Source of the DNA: Atractiella rhizophila
Taxonomy: Eukaryota
Length of the DNA stretch: 39,951 bases
Assembly: GCA_021432655.1 (NCBI GenBank)
Contig: MU271197.1
Span: 1 to 39,951 of the forward strand
Direction: 5' to 3'
The notes beneath the pieces are model-generated. The model made no database searches. It was not told the origin of the DNA and saw only the letters and a program-made list of their open reading frames with translations. This document shows positions 25,804-36,388 of the stretch, piece after piece. A program made the position numbers and the translations under genes. Within the stretch, counting starts at the first letter, position 1. Every line of letters begins with the position of its first letter.

Positions 25804-26204
25804 TGATGATGAAGGAAGGGAGCGAGGTGTATTAGTAAATGAGTGCCAGTCTTCGGTGGCAAGACTTTGGATTGGTGTTCCCCTTCGCTCTCCGTTCGGA
25901 TGTTGGCGGGTACAAACTCGTGTGCTTCACATGACCAATTTGAATCTCAATCCAGAGAAGCAGCATCGACCATCTCCAGAGTGTCCTTTACTTAACGATT
26001 AACGAACGATTATCCAGTTTCCCGACTGAAAATCCCACCCGAGGTCCTTTCTTTCGAGTCAAGCAAGGTCCGACCCCTATTGCGCGACGTTCACCGCTCT
26101 CTCCTCGTAATTTCTTTCAGCGACGACATATAACGACACTTCTTCTTGCGGCTACATTTCAACTAATATTCGCGCTTTCGTACTTAGCAATTCACAAGTT
26201 CAGT

Positions 26205-27618
26205 ATGGGTCTATTCTCCTGCCAGTCACCAAACGCACACGATTCCTTGCCGAGGAGGAAGAGACCAGCAAAGTACAACATCTCCGACGATAAAGACGGT
26301 GTCTTCTCCCCTAAGCAGCTGCTGGAGAAGCCCAACTTCCCCTCCGAACATCAAGCGTCCGTCGAGGACTTCTCCCTACCACGTCCCCGCGATCCCGGAG
26401 CATTTGCAGCAGATTCGATCGGGAGATCGAAGAAATATGAAATCGACTTCTCGCCCACAGGAGGGATAGGCACAATTCGCAGGCAAGCCGGTAGAGCGCC
26501 AGGTCCAAGAGCTGCTACTGCTGGAAGAATTAGACCTGCTGGACCGAGACCTAGACCAGCGAGTAAGAATCTGGGAAGAAGTGGGACCGCGAAGAGGATT
26601 AGGGAGATGATTGGCAAACCTAAGGATTTTGTGCATAAGGCGCATGTGGGAGTTGGAGATCTGAAAGGCGTTAAGACACTCGATGTAAGTCTTTCTTTCA
26701 TGATTGGCTGAGGACTGTGAGTGACCGTGGGCCCGTGGGATGAAGCCGGAGAGTTTTGTCGCTCATTATCATGAGATGCAAAGAGCGAAGGCTCCCTCCG
26801 CATCTACTTCCTCCGACGAGCCTGCTCATCCTTCCTCTCCTCAGCGCATCGCATCGCCCCCACCAGCCGCACGCACACCATCTCCAGTTCCGGCCCGTAT
26901 CCCGTCTCCATCTGTTTCCCCCGCTGCAGTACTCCAACAAGCGACGCCACCAGCTTCACGCCCAATCACTCCTGATCCGACACCTGTCAAGTCCTCCCCC
27001 TCTCGTCCTACTTCTCCTGTCACCCCGTCCGACGCCTCTCTTCCTTCCATGAACCAATTTCAGTCGTCTACTCCGCCGCCTGCTCCGTTGAACCGCACGA
27101 AGACGGCCGGCGGAGGAGCAGGGAAGCGTAAGGCTGCTCCACCCGTCACCGCTTCAATCATCCGTCAAGTGGGCGAAGCCGCGGCCTTCGGTCCTGCATA
27201 CAGAGGCAACAGTCCTCCTCCTGTCCACACCTCTCAACCCATGACGCCCACGTCGAACTCGCCCGGCTTCGATCCTCAATCTGCACCAGTTGAAGCTGCA
27301 GAGGAATCCCAGCCACCAACTCTACCGACCAAGCCGTCGACACCTCCTCACCGCTCTCCGCGGCGCGCGGACACCCTCTTCCCGCCTGAAGATCCCCAAG
27401 CACCACAGAAGACTGTACAGTACGATGCGCAGGGAAGACCGGTGGTTGCGGTGGTGGGAGATGTCGAGATGTCGAAGACAGTGAAGAAGGAGTGGGATGG
27501 AGCGTTGGAGTTTATCCAAAATGCATTGAAGATGGATATCGGGAAGGAGGAGAGAGGACCGGATGGAGAAGAGCTGAGTGTGGAGGAACTGTTGAGAAGG
27601 AGAGAAGCGGCGGTATGA
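26205..27618 (+). CDS. Proline-rich CRIB (PBD) motif protein, putative Cdc42/Rac effector
   Basis: MIGKPKDFVHKAHVG fits the CRIB consensus ISxPxxFxHxxHVG. Intron 26685-26745 joins the two ORFs in frame. No kinase domain is present. Confidence 0.7.
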
Positions 27619-27870
27619 GCCTGAAGCACGGACTGATTGCGATCTTCGAATATTGTGTATGGTTGGTTTCTGACTGATTGTTGCGTCCCGAGCGTTTTTA
27701 TTCACTTGTTAACAATTTTTCAAGGAAATTTGCAATATCCGGTTACCCTTTACCGTCCCTGTTTAATGTTTACAAATGTTGCACACGCTGCATTTATCAT
27801 ATTATTCCATTTCCAGAGATAACAGATCAAGTTGTGCATAAATTCAAGTTACACTACCATTCACGCTTAG

Positions 27871-30800
27871 CTATTCGTCGGGCTTTAAATCACTAGCGAT
27901 TTTGCACCATGTCCTAATGAGCTGTGCCGCAGAAATGAACTCTGTGAGCTCGTTGTACACCTGGGAGAACGATTCGCTTGAGTCAACAAGAAAGAGAAAA
28001 CCGGCAGCAAGATGCTGACCTGTGCAGATATCCTCAGCCACCAGCGGTCACCGTGCACAAAAGCGGGAATGTAGAAGTTGTGATTGAACATCTGTTCCTT
28101 CAAGAAATCGAACTGCTTGGCTCGGAGCTTAGGATCGTCTGAGACAACGAGAGGAAGGGAGACGTTGACCTAATTTTTCTACGTTAGCTTTATGACGTAG
28201 TAGAAGAAGAGAGCACCGTACCATAGACGCTACCAACGTCTTTTCCTCATTTTGCATTACGACACTTCCTTCGCCAAGTATTCTCGCCATCGCCTCCCCA
28301 CCTTCTTTCGCCAGCTTGTTGCACCACTTCATGATCCTCTCCTCTCCACCACAGATCTTCTCTCTGAATTCAAGAGCAGCAGGGATGGACAGAAGCGGTG
28401 ACCAATCCTGTGTGCCCATCCACAAATATTCAGAGATCCATTGACTTTTGTCGAGTGGAGGGATCCTGGTCGGGTGTTCGGGTGAGGAATATCCTTGAGA
28501 GATAGGCATGGAATGTGTGTTCCACTGATGTGATCTCTTGCAATAAAACATCGCCACTCCTCGATGAGCGTAAGCCCATTTGTGCATGTTGGAGACAAAC
28601 CAATCAGGATTGGCATTCTTCATATCGAGAGGGATTTGCCCAATAGCATGCGCTCCATCGATGAGGGAAAGGACGTTATAGCGTTTCAGGAGAGCCACGA
28701 TGCGCTCCCATGGGAGAACGACGCCGGGATTGGATGAAATTGCGTCGATGAGCGCTACCCGCACTTTGCTCTCTGGATTGGTTGTCTCGTACTCTACAAT
28801 AGCCGATTCTATCTTATCAAGCAGCCCTTGGTCCGAGATTGGATAAGTGACTCGAACAGGAAGAGTGCGAAGCTTGAGGTCAGGTTTGGAGTCGAGGATG
28901 TATTCGATGGAGGTTCTGCAAGCATCGTACACGGTCGTCTCGATGTAGAGAATAGCGTCGTTGGGTTGATATTCGACAGATCGAAGAGCTATGTTCACTC
29001 CTGTGGTAGCGTTGGCCACACTGCAACAGCAGGTCAGCGCAAATTACAACGGAAAGGGGAGGATGAACAAAACTAAATCCTCCGTTTCGCAGTTCACCAG
29101 CTTCGAGACGCGTTTTCGGACCTCATTGATGAGACTTATATATTCTCGCTTGATAAATCGATCAGGAAAAGATTCAGCCTGGTCTTGCATCTTCCGGAAA
29201 GCCTCGAGCGTCGGTCGTGGGCATGACCCGTAAGAACCTGCTCAATTATTCAGCGAAGCGCGAAAAGGTCGTCGTCCAATACCATGGTTTAGATTCATCA
29301 CCCCATCCTCCAGTAAGAAATACTTTCGCCCAAACTCCTTCCCAAAAGACTCAAGCATTTCCTTTTGCACCAACGTCGAATCAGACAGAAGTGGCCTAGG
29401 GCTCATTTCCTCAACAAGACCTTGCCCAGCCTGGAAATCTGAAGCGACCCGGCACCATGCTTTGAGCAAATGGGCAACAGAAATGAACATATACAGCTCG
29501 TTGTACACCTGCAAGAAACAGCTCGGTTACAGTGGACACTAAGAATCAATGATTACCTGTGCAGACACCCTCAACCACCATTTATCCCCATGCACAAACA
29601 TGGGAATGTGGAACTTGTGCCGAAACATTTGTTCTACGATGAACGCGCTTTGCTTTGCTCGCACACCAGCATCCGGAGAGACTGCGAGAGGAAGAGACAC
29701 GTTGACCTGTTGATAGTAAATAAGAAAACATTGCTCCATATGCCGACAAGACAAAGGGTAGAGAAGAGTTAAAGACAAACCATCGAGGCGATGAGCGTGC
29801 ATTCTCCATTCTCCATCACCACACTTCCCCCACCAAGGATCTTCACCATTGCCTTCCCTCCTTCATTAGCAAGCTGGTTACACCAGGTCATGATCCGTTC
29901 TTCCCCTCCGCACACCCTCTCCCGAAACTCTAATGCAGCCTCAACGGAAAGTATTGAGCTCCAATCCTGTGTCCCGATCCATTCGTATTCCGATACCCAG
30001 CGACTTTTATCTCCCAGCGGGAGATGCGAAGGATGTTCGGGGGAATTATAGCCATGAGAAATTGGCATCGAATGGGTGTTCCACTGGTGCTCTCGTTTAC
30101 AGTAAAACATCGCAACTCCTCTGTGACGCACACCAGCATCCGGAGAGACTGCGAGAGGGAGAGACACGTTGACCTGTTGATAGTAAATGAGAAAACATTG
30201 CTCCATATGCCGACAAGACAAAGGGTAGAGAAGAGTTGAAGACGAACCATCGAGGCGATGAGCGTGCCTTCTCCATTCTCCATCACCACACTTCCGCCAC
30301 CAAGGATCTTCACCATTGCTTTCCCTCCTTCATTAGCAAGCTGGTTGCACCAGGTCATGATCCGTTCTTCCCCCCCGCACACATTTTCTCTAAATTCTAA
30401 AGCAGCCTCAACGGAAAGTATTGAGCTCCAATCCTGTGTCCCCATCCATTCGTATTCCGACACCCAACGACTCTTATCTCCCAGCGGGAGATGCGAAGGA
30501 TGTTCGGGGGAATTATAGCCATGAGAAATTGGCATCGAATGGGTGTTCCACTGGCGCTCTCGTTTACAGTAAAACATCGCAACTCCTCTGTGGGCGAAAG
30601 CCCACTTGTGCAAATTTGAAACAAACCAATCCGGATCTGCTCTTTTCATGTCCAAAGAGATTTGCCCAATCGCGTGTGCGCCGTCGACGATGGAGAAGAC
30701 GTCATGGTTCCTCAGAAGGGCCACAATGCGCTCCCAAGGAACAACAACCCCTGGGTTTGAGGAGATAGCGTCCAAGAGCATCACTCGCACCTTGCTCTCC

Positions 30801-31933
30801 GGATTTGTGGACTCGTATCCCACAATCGCATCTTCGATTTTCTTGAGAAGGTCCTTGTCTGAAATTGGATAAGTTACAGGGACAGGAACGGTTCGGAGTT
30901 TGAGCGATGGCTTCGAGTCGAGAATGTATAGGATAGAGTTCTCGCATGATCCATAGACTGTGGTGTCGATGTAGAGAATTGCGTCGTTCAATTTGTACTC
31001 GACCGAACGGAGAGCAATGTTCACCCCGGTCGTAGCGTTGGGTACACTTTCTCACAAATATCAGAATAATGGACCTTCTAGGGGGAAACAAACAAGACTA
31101 AGTCTTCTGTGTCACAGTTCACCAACTTTGAGACTCGGGCTCGTGCCTTGTCGAGAAGTGGGACATATTGCCTCCTCATGAATCGATCAGGGAACGACTC
31201 TGCTTGTTCCTGAAATTTGCGAAAGACTTCCATTGTAGGTTTGGGGCAACATCCATAAGAACCTGGCGGTCTCTCAGGTTTAACTTCAGTAATAGCGGAG
31301 AAGGACTTGCCATGGTTCAGATTTGTCCACCCGTCTTCCATCAAGAAATATTTCTCTCCAAACTCCTTACCAAAAGGTTCAAGCTCTTTCTTAGAGTTTT
31401 CGGCATAGGAAAGTGCCTGTCTCATCCACCGAGCGCGATGGACGTCGACTTCTCGATATTCTTCCTCTCCACCGGGGCCGACCCACTGGGTGAGCTTCTC
31501 CCTGACAAAGTCATCGTAGTTCCACTCTGCATTTTCAAGGTGACTCCTTGGGGAAATCCAGATATAGATCTGTGCGACAAGCGATTCCTCTGTGTCTGTG
31601 AGTTCGACGGTAACAACCTGCCGCTCGTATTCGGAGCCTTCGAAGATATCCAGATATTCCACTTCGCGAGCATCGAGCCCTTCGACAACGACACCAAGGA
31701 CAGACGATTCCTTCTCAGTGCCGGGGATGACAGCGGGATAATCGCAGCCGTACACCTTTGCGGCCGCATCAAAACATTTTATTATTACAAGTCGGAGCAC
31801 ATACCTTATGCCGCGTGTATCCCTTGAGAATTGCTTGCTTGGATGGCCGCGATTCTTTGCTTTTGAGCACCCGATTAAGGATGCGAGTGTTCATCAGCGT
31901 TCCGTAAAAGAAAAAGGCGGAAGTGGCCGTCAT
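27871..31933 (-). CDS. Tri-domain fusion: AIG2/GGACT gamma-glutamylcyclotransferase + two Egt2-like PLP-dependent cysteine-sulfoxide C-S lyase (aminotransferase class V) domains
   Basis: Exons 31933-31805, 31755-31311, 31262-31094, 31046-30248, 30173-29781, 29706-29557, 29508-29283, 29237-29069, 29020-28222, 28169-28020 and 27960-27871 total 3519 nt in one frame. GGCT motifs are FFYGTL, DYPAV and LDIFEGSEYER. Each lyase has NLNHGSYG, NATTGVN, DGAHAIGQ, SN(L/M)HKW, GTQDWS and R(V/I)SAQVYNE. Confidence 0.85.
29660..30592. repeat. Near-identical 466-bp tandem duplication (period 467) inside lyase domain 1
   Basis: 29660-30125 matches 30127-30592 with scattered substitutions. One extra base at 30126. 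Confidence 0.95.
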
Positions 31934-32398
31934 TTTCCTCTGCAATAATTTGGATCGCTGACTTTGAAAGATGCTCCACGAAAGGAATCAGGGACTTCTT
32001 GGGGAATTTCAAAACATCTTCAAATACCTGCAGCTAAATCAGATAGAGTTCATCAGATCCGACCGCTTTGCTGCGTGAGGAACAATGAGGCTTCTTGATA
32101 AAATTTGTGGCAGAAACAACTTGACCTGACCTGACCTTACTTTCCTGTATTGCTCCACGCTTATGAGATACAAAGACGGCCACATGTAGATACTGGAGCA
32201 GTCCAACAATGGCTTAAAACTTTTCACAACTGGCTGGACGCAAAACGGAAAGGTTTTATTAGGGGTGTTGATGGGTTCATACAAATCGATCCAATAATTT
32301 ATTGCCTTGGTGGCAATTTTTTCTCTCTTCTGTATTCGAATAAGAAGCCCGAACCTCCACGACCATAAGGAGCAGAAAACGAACCATTCTGGCCGTCG

Positions 32399-33166
32399 TC
32401 ATGGATTCAGCCTCTCGATCTTCCATCCCTCCTTCCCCTCCAGCTTGGTATACCTGAATCTATCATGGAGTCTGTTGGGCTGCCCAACCCAAAACTCCAC
32501 TTCTGTGGGAACGACTCTATAACCTCCCCAAAAGTCTGGAACGGGGATCTTCGTTTCTCCGTCCTTCACACCGAACTTGTTCTCCATCAGTTCGACTTGC
32601 TTCTGCAGCTCATCCCTCTCCCCACTTTCGATGACCGCACTTTGCCTACTAGCCCACGCCCCAACCCGACTTCCAATGGGCCTAGTGTCGAAGTAAGCCT
32701 GACTCTCTTCCCGAGCCACCTTCTCCGCCTTCCCCACTACCCGCACCTGGCGGTTTTGGGCATACCAATACCAATTCATGGATACCCATCCATCATTCTC
32801 CGCTATCTCCCGGCCCTTCCTAGATCCATAATTCGTAAAGAACACGAATCCCTTCTCATCCACAGCCCGCAAAAGCACAACCCGTGAGCTCGGCACTCCA
32901 TTAGCGTTCGCTGTCCCCAAAACCAATGTCTCTGGCTCGGGGATGTTGGGATCGTTGCGAGCGGTTTCGAACCAGTTGGAGAACTGATGCAAAGGGGAAG
33001 GCGAAAGATCCTTCATTGACGCTTGGAGCGAGGCTTTAGGCATGTATTGCGGATGGGTCGAGATCTGGGACAGGGTCAGAGTGGACACGGGAGACATCAG
33101 GCGAGGGAGAGTGCTGGTCCGAATTCTAGGAAGGAGGAGAGAAAGGCGCTGACAGAAATACTGCAT
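32399..33166 (-). CDS. PDX3: Pyridoxamine/pyridoxine 5'-phosphate oxidase
   Basis: PSSRVVLLR, GFVFFTNYGSRKG, RQVRVVG, YFDTRPIGSRVGAWASRQS, PDFWGGYRVVP, EFWVGQPNRLHDRFRY and WKIERLNP. Intronless ORF. Confidence 0.96.
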   Translation of the reverse strand: MQYFCQRLSLLLPRIRTSTLPRLMSPVSTLTLSQISTHPQYMPKASLQASMKDLSPSPLHQFSNWFETARNDPNIPEPETLVLGTANANGVPSSRVVLLRAVDEKGFVFFTNYGSRKGREIAENDGWVSMNWYWYAQNRQVRVVGKAEKVAREESQAYFDTRPIGSRVGAWASRQSAVIESGERDELQKQVELMENKFGVKDGETKIPVPDFWGGYRVVPTEVEFWVGQPNRLHDRFRYTKLEGKEGWKIERLNP

Positions 33167-33615
33167 CCGCCGAGCAGTTGTTTTTATTTGAAAGATCGGG
33201 GAGGAAGATGGCGACGGAGTCAGCCTGGTTCAGACGACGTCACGGTCGGTGATCGGGAATTTTTGCGCATTCTACGGATAGAGCAGGGAAGCGCTTTTGA
33301 ATCAGTTTGAATTCGAGTGCTCATAGAAGTTTACAATTCCAAAGCCAGAGTCCACTCTAGCTCAATGGATTATCCTTGATTCGAGGGTTCAGGCTGCTTC
33401 AAGAGTCGACATGTCAAGGGAACATGGAAGATGATAGACATCCCAACATCCGCCAGGCTGAAGCAAATTTACCGCCGTCGACAACATGAAGCATTCTCAA
33501 AACAATCGAAAATCACAATGGGAGCTGAATATCTGACGAGTACTTGAGAACAAACGAAGATCATCCCATTCTATTGTAAAATCAGAACGGATGTCAAAGA
33601 AACGAGAGGAGCAAC

Positions 33616-34823
33616 TTACAATTGGCTCATATCTTCTGGTGGATACTTGGTCTGGGCGAATGTTAGAACCCGCTTCAGGCTCTGGATATACTTTCTGGAT
33701 ACCTCATCATTCAACACATGTGCGACTTGATTGCTGAAAATCTTCTCTCGTGCAGAACGCTCGTGAATTCCCACCATGGTTACACCAATAGGCCACGGTG
33801 CGTTTCCTACCCAACAGGATCCATCAGTCAAGCCTTTGAACATAGCAGGAAACGGAAGGCAAATTAAACTAACCTATTGATAAGCGCAGATATGCATCAT
33901 TAGCCTTCAAGTATTCTCGTAATTGCATGTGGTGGCAAATCTCAGCGATCGCCTGCAAGACGTCGGGTGCAAGGTCCTGCAGTCAATTTTCTTCAGAATC
34001 CAATGGTTTATTGAATCGAGAGAGCACGTACTCGATCCTTCAGCTGCTTGAAGAGCGGTTTAAGGTAGTCTGCCGATTGTTTCTGAATAGCAGCTACTTT
34101 CTTTCCTTGCATCGACGCCTGCACGTCGTCCGGACGCTCGTTCATCGCTTGCTCCCACTCTTTCAACATCCTCTGTGTACCCAAGAAGCCGTCGATGAAT
34201 TCTACGCATAGAACAGCATAAAAAACGACGTACCTTTAGGCACTTATAAATTTGTGGATAAATCTTGTACGGATCCTTCTTCACCAAAGACACGTCCACG
34301 AGTTTCTCACCGTCAGGTAGCCCCTTTTGACCGACAGTAATCCCTTCCCTCTCCCTCTTCTCTTTCTCTTCCCGTTCCAAGACCTTCTACGCTCTTTCTC
34401 CTCTGCATTCCCAACCTGCTCCATAGCCTTCATAAGATCATTCCTCCCCATCTCTTCCTCAGTTAATTCCTTCTCCTCCAAGAGCTCCAAAGCTCGCAAT
34501 CGTAGTCTCCTTTCCTTGTCCGACTCACCAAACAGGCGTATGGGTTGTCCTTTCGCTCGTAGGCGTCGAATAGCTTCCTCGTTGGAGATATTGAATACCT
34601 CGCTTACTACTGCAGGGTTCGATGTTGCCGCAGCTTGTTCGCTGTTGCTGACAGCTGCTGTGGACGGCGTCCCTTCCTTCGATGAGCTGGCCTTCTGAGG
34701 TTCTGGTTCGCTTGGGACTTTTACATCTCCCCGTCGGACGTACTTCTTCTGAGGCTCAGAGGTCGTCGAATCAGAGGGAACTGGGCGCTTCTTGGATGCT
34801 ATAGCGGCTTTGAGAGCGTCCAT
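33616..34823 (-). CDS. PRP18: Pre-mRNA splicing factor Prp18; apparent 1-nt frameshift near 34385
   Basis: PRP4-like motif [19 protein letters not shown], then [11 protein letters not shown] and [33 protein letters not shown]...[16 protein letters not shown]. Confidence 0.93.
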
Positions 34824-34955
34824 GCTTGCTTGCCTTGGTCGTGCATTGTAGTCATTGCGTGCCAAACCACTAAGGTTGATGTTGTCTTCTTCCCAACCAC
34901 TTTCGGATCCGCTGAAATAGGAAACTAAAGAATTACCATTTCTCACTCATTCAAA

Positions 34956-35823
34956 ATGTCGGTAAGTACCTGTCTAGCTCATCTCCTGACAAAAAGTATT
35001 GATGGATTGATGAGCAGGAAGATAGCGAGCACAAAGTTGTATGTTTTTGCGACTCCCCTCTTGTCGTCGCCGATGATCGTTCTGACGTTGCCTTTTGTCA
35101 ACAGTACGTCCTTCAAACTGCCGGTATGTCTTTTCCATCTTTCTTTCAGCCTTGGCACTTATTAGCGCTATTCAGGATTTGATGCACGGTATGTTTGACT
35201 TCTCTGCTTTGACGAGAGAAGCGGTGGTGACGGAATGCGTCGGGTATAATTACTGTGACACAGCTTCCCTAACACTAACGTGAGCACCTCCTTATCCAAT
35301 TCTTAAGGAAACAGGGTTGTTGAGGTTGTTTTTATGTAGCAAACGAAGCATTGCGTGAGCTGCTTTCTTCTTGCTTCGGATATCACCATGCTGTCCCGCT
35401 CACCCTGCATTGTGTGAATAGTGGCAAAACTATGTCGACTACTACCGTATGTCCCCCGATAATCTGTTTAGAGTTTTTGCGTGACGCTCTGTGGGTACAG
35501 GCTGCATAAACGCCAAGGGTGAGGAATTCAAGCCCTGCAAACAAGTGCGCTTCTTTCTCCCCTTACGGTCCATCCACCCAGTCCTGACGAGCAAATTAGT
35601 TCTTCCGAGCCTTTCACTCCCTGTGTCCCAGTGCGCACTTTTCCTCCCTCTTCTGCGGTGTGTCCAACGCTAACCGGGACCTCGCCGGTGACCAGACGGA
35701 TGGATTGCGAAATGGGACGAGCAGAGGGAAGCGGGGAGGTTCCCGGCTAATTTGGGTATGCGTACTTCCTTTCAGTTTAGGATGAGATATCATGTTCATG
35801 ACAATGGTTGGATAGAAAAATAA
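34956..35823 (+). CDS. COX12: Cytochrome c oxidase subunit VIb, 11 coding exons
   Basis: Exons of 6, 21, 19, 13, 16, 15, 25, 44, 31, 60 and 8 nt (34956, 35018, 35105, 35176, 35264, 35340, 35422, 35501, 35600, 35696, 35816) splice to MSEDSEHKVYVLQTAGFDARFPNTNQTKHCWQNYVDYYRCINAKGEEFKPCKQFFRAFHSLCPNGWIAKWDEQREAGRFPANLEK. Confidence 0.95.
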
Positions 35824-36388
35824 GCGATAGATGTAGAGGGAACCTGCCTTGATCGATTAAATTTGGAATGAACGATTTTCGCCTTTCCTAACTCTATTGC
35901 TTTCCCGTACTGCACACATGAATTATCGAACTTGACGGAGGCGCAAGTGGTCAAGCGATGAGCCGAAGGACCCCGTTAGTTAAGTGATGCTAATGTGCAT
36001 CTCAGAAGCAGTTCTCAGTTCGACGCCTGCATAATTAATGAATGGTTGACCCTCGGAGTCAACTGCCATCACAGAAGGAGAGCAATGAAACAGTGATTCA
36101 GATTGAGAAATGGAGCGATTGTAACGGATTGGAAGTAAAGTACATTGTGTGCAATGAAACTGCATGCTATTGTAACATGCGAGTCACTGGAAGGGTGTGG
36201 GTGTATTCCCTAAGTGAGAGACGAGACGAGCAGGTTGAAAGTGAGTGACGTAGAGCAAAGATCAGAGAAAGAAAAGAGAGAGATTTGAGCGACAAATCAA
36301 CTGGGCACAACGGAAATGAGACGAAATTAAACAGCCATAGATGTCCCTGTGGATGCGAGCACGAATGAGGACCATGAGTAGGGCGAAA

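Noticed and set aside
27871..29406. Annotating lyase 2 as a separate EGT2 gene
   Set aside because: There is no stop, intergenic space or terminator between lyase 1 and lyase 2. The last exon of lyase 1 is in frame with it.
29660..30592. Tandem duplications as LTRs or CRISPR-like repeats
   Set aside because: They are copies of host exon and intron sequence with no TG...CA ends, target-site duplications or spacers.
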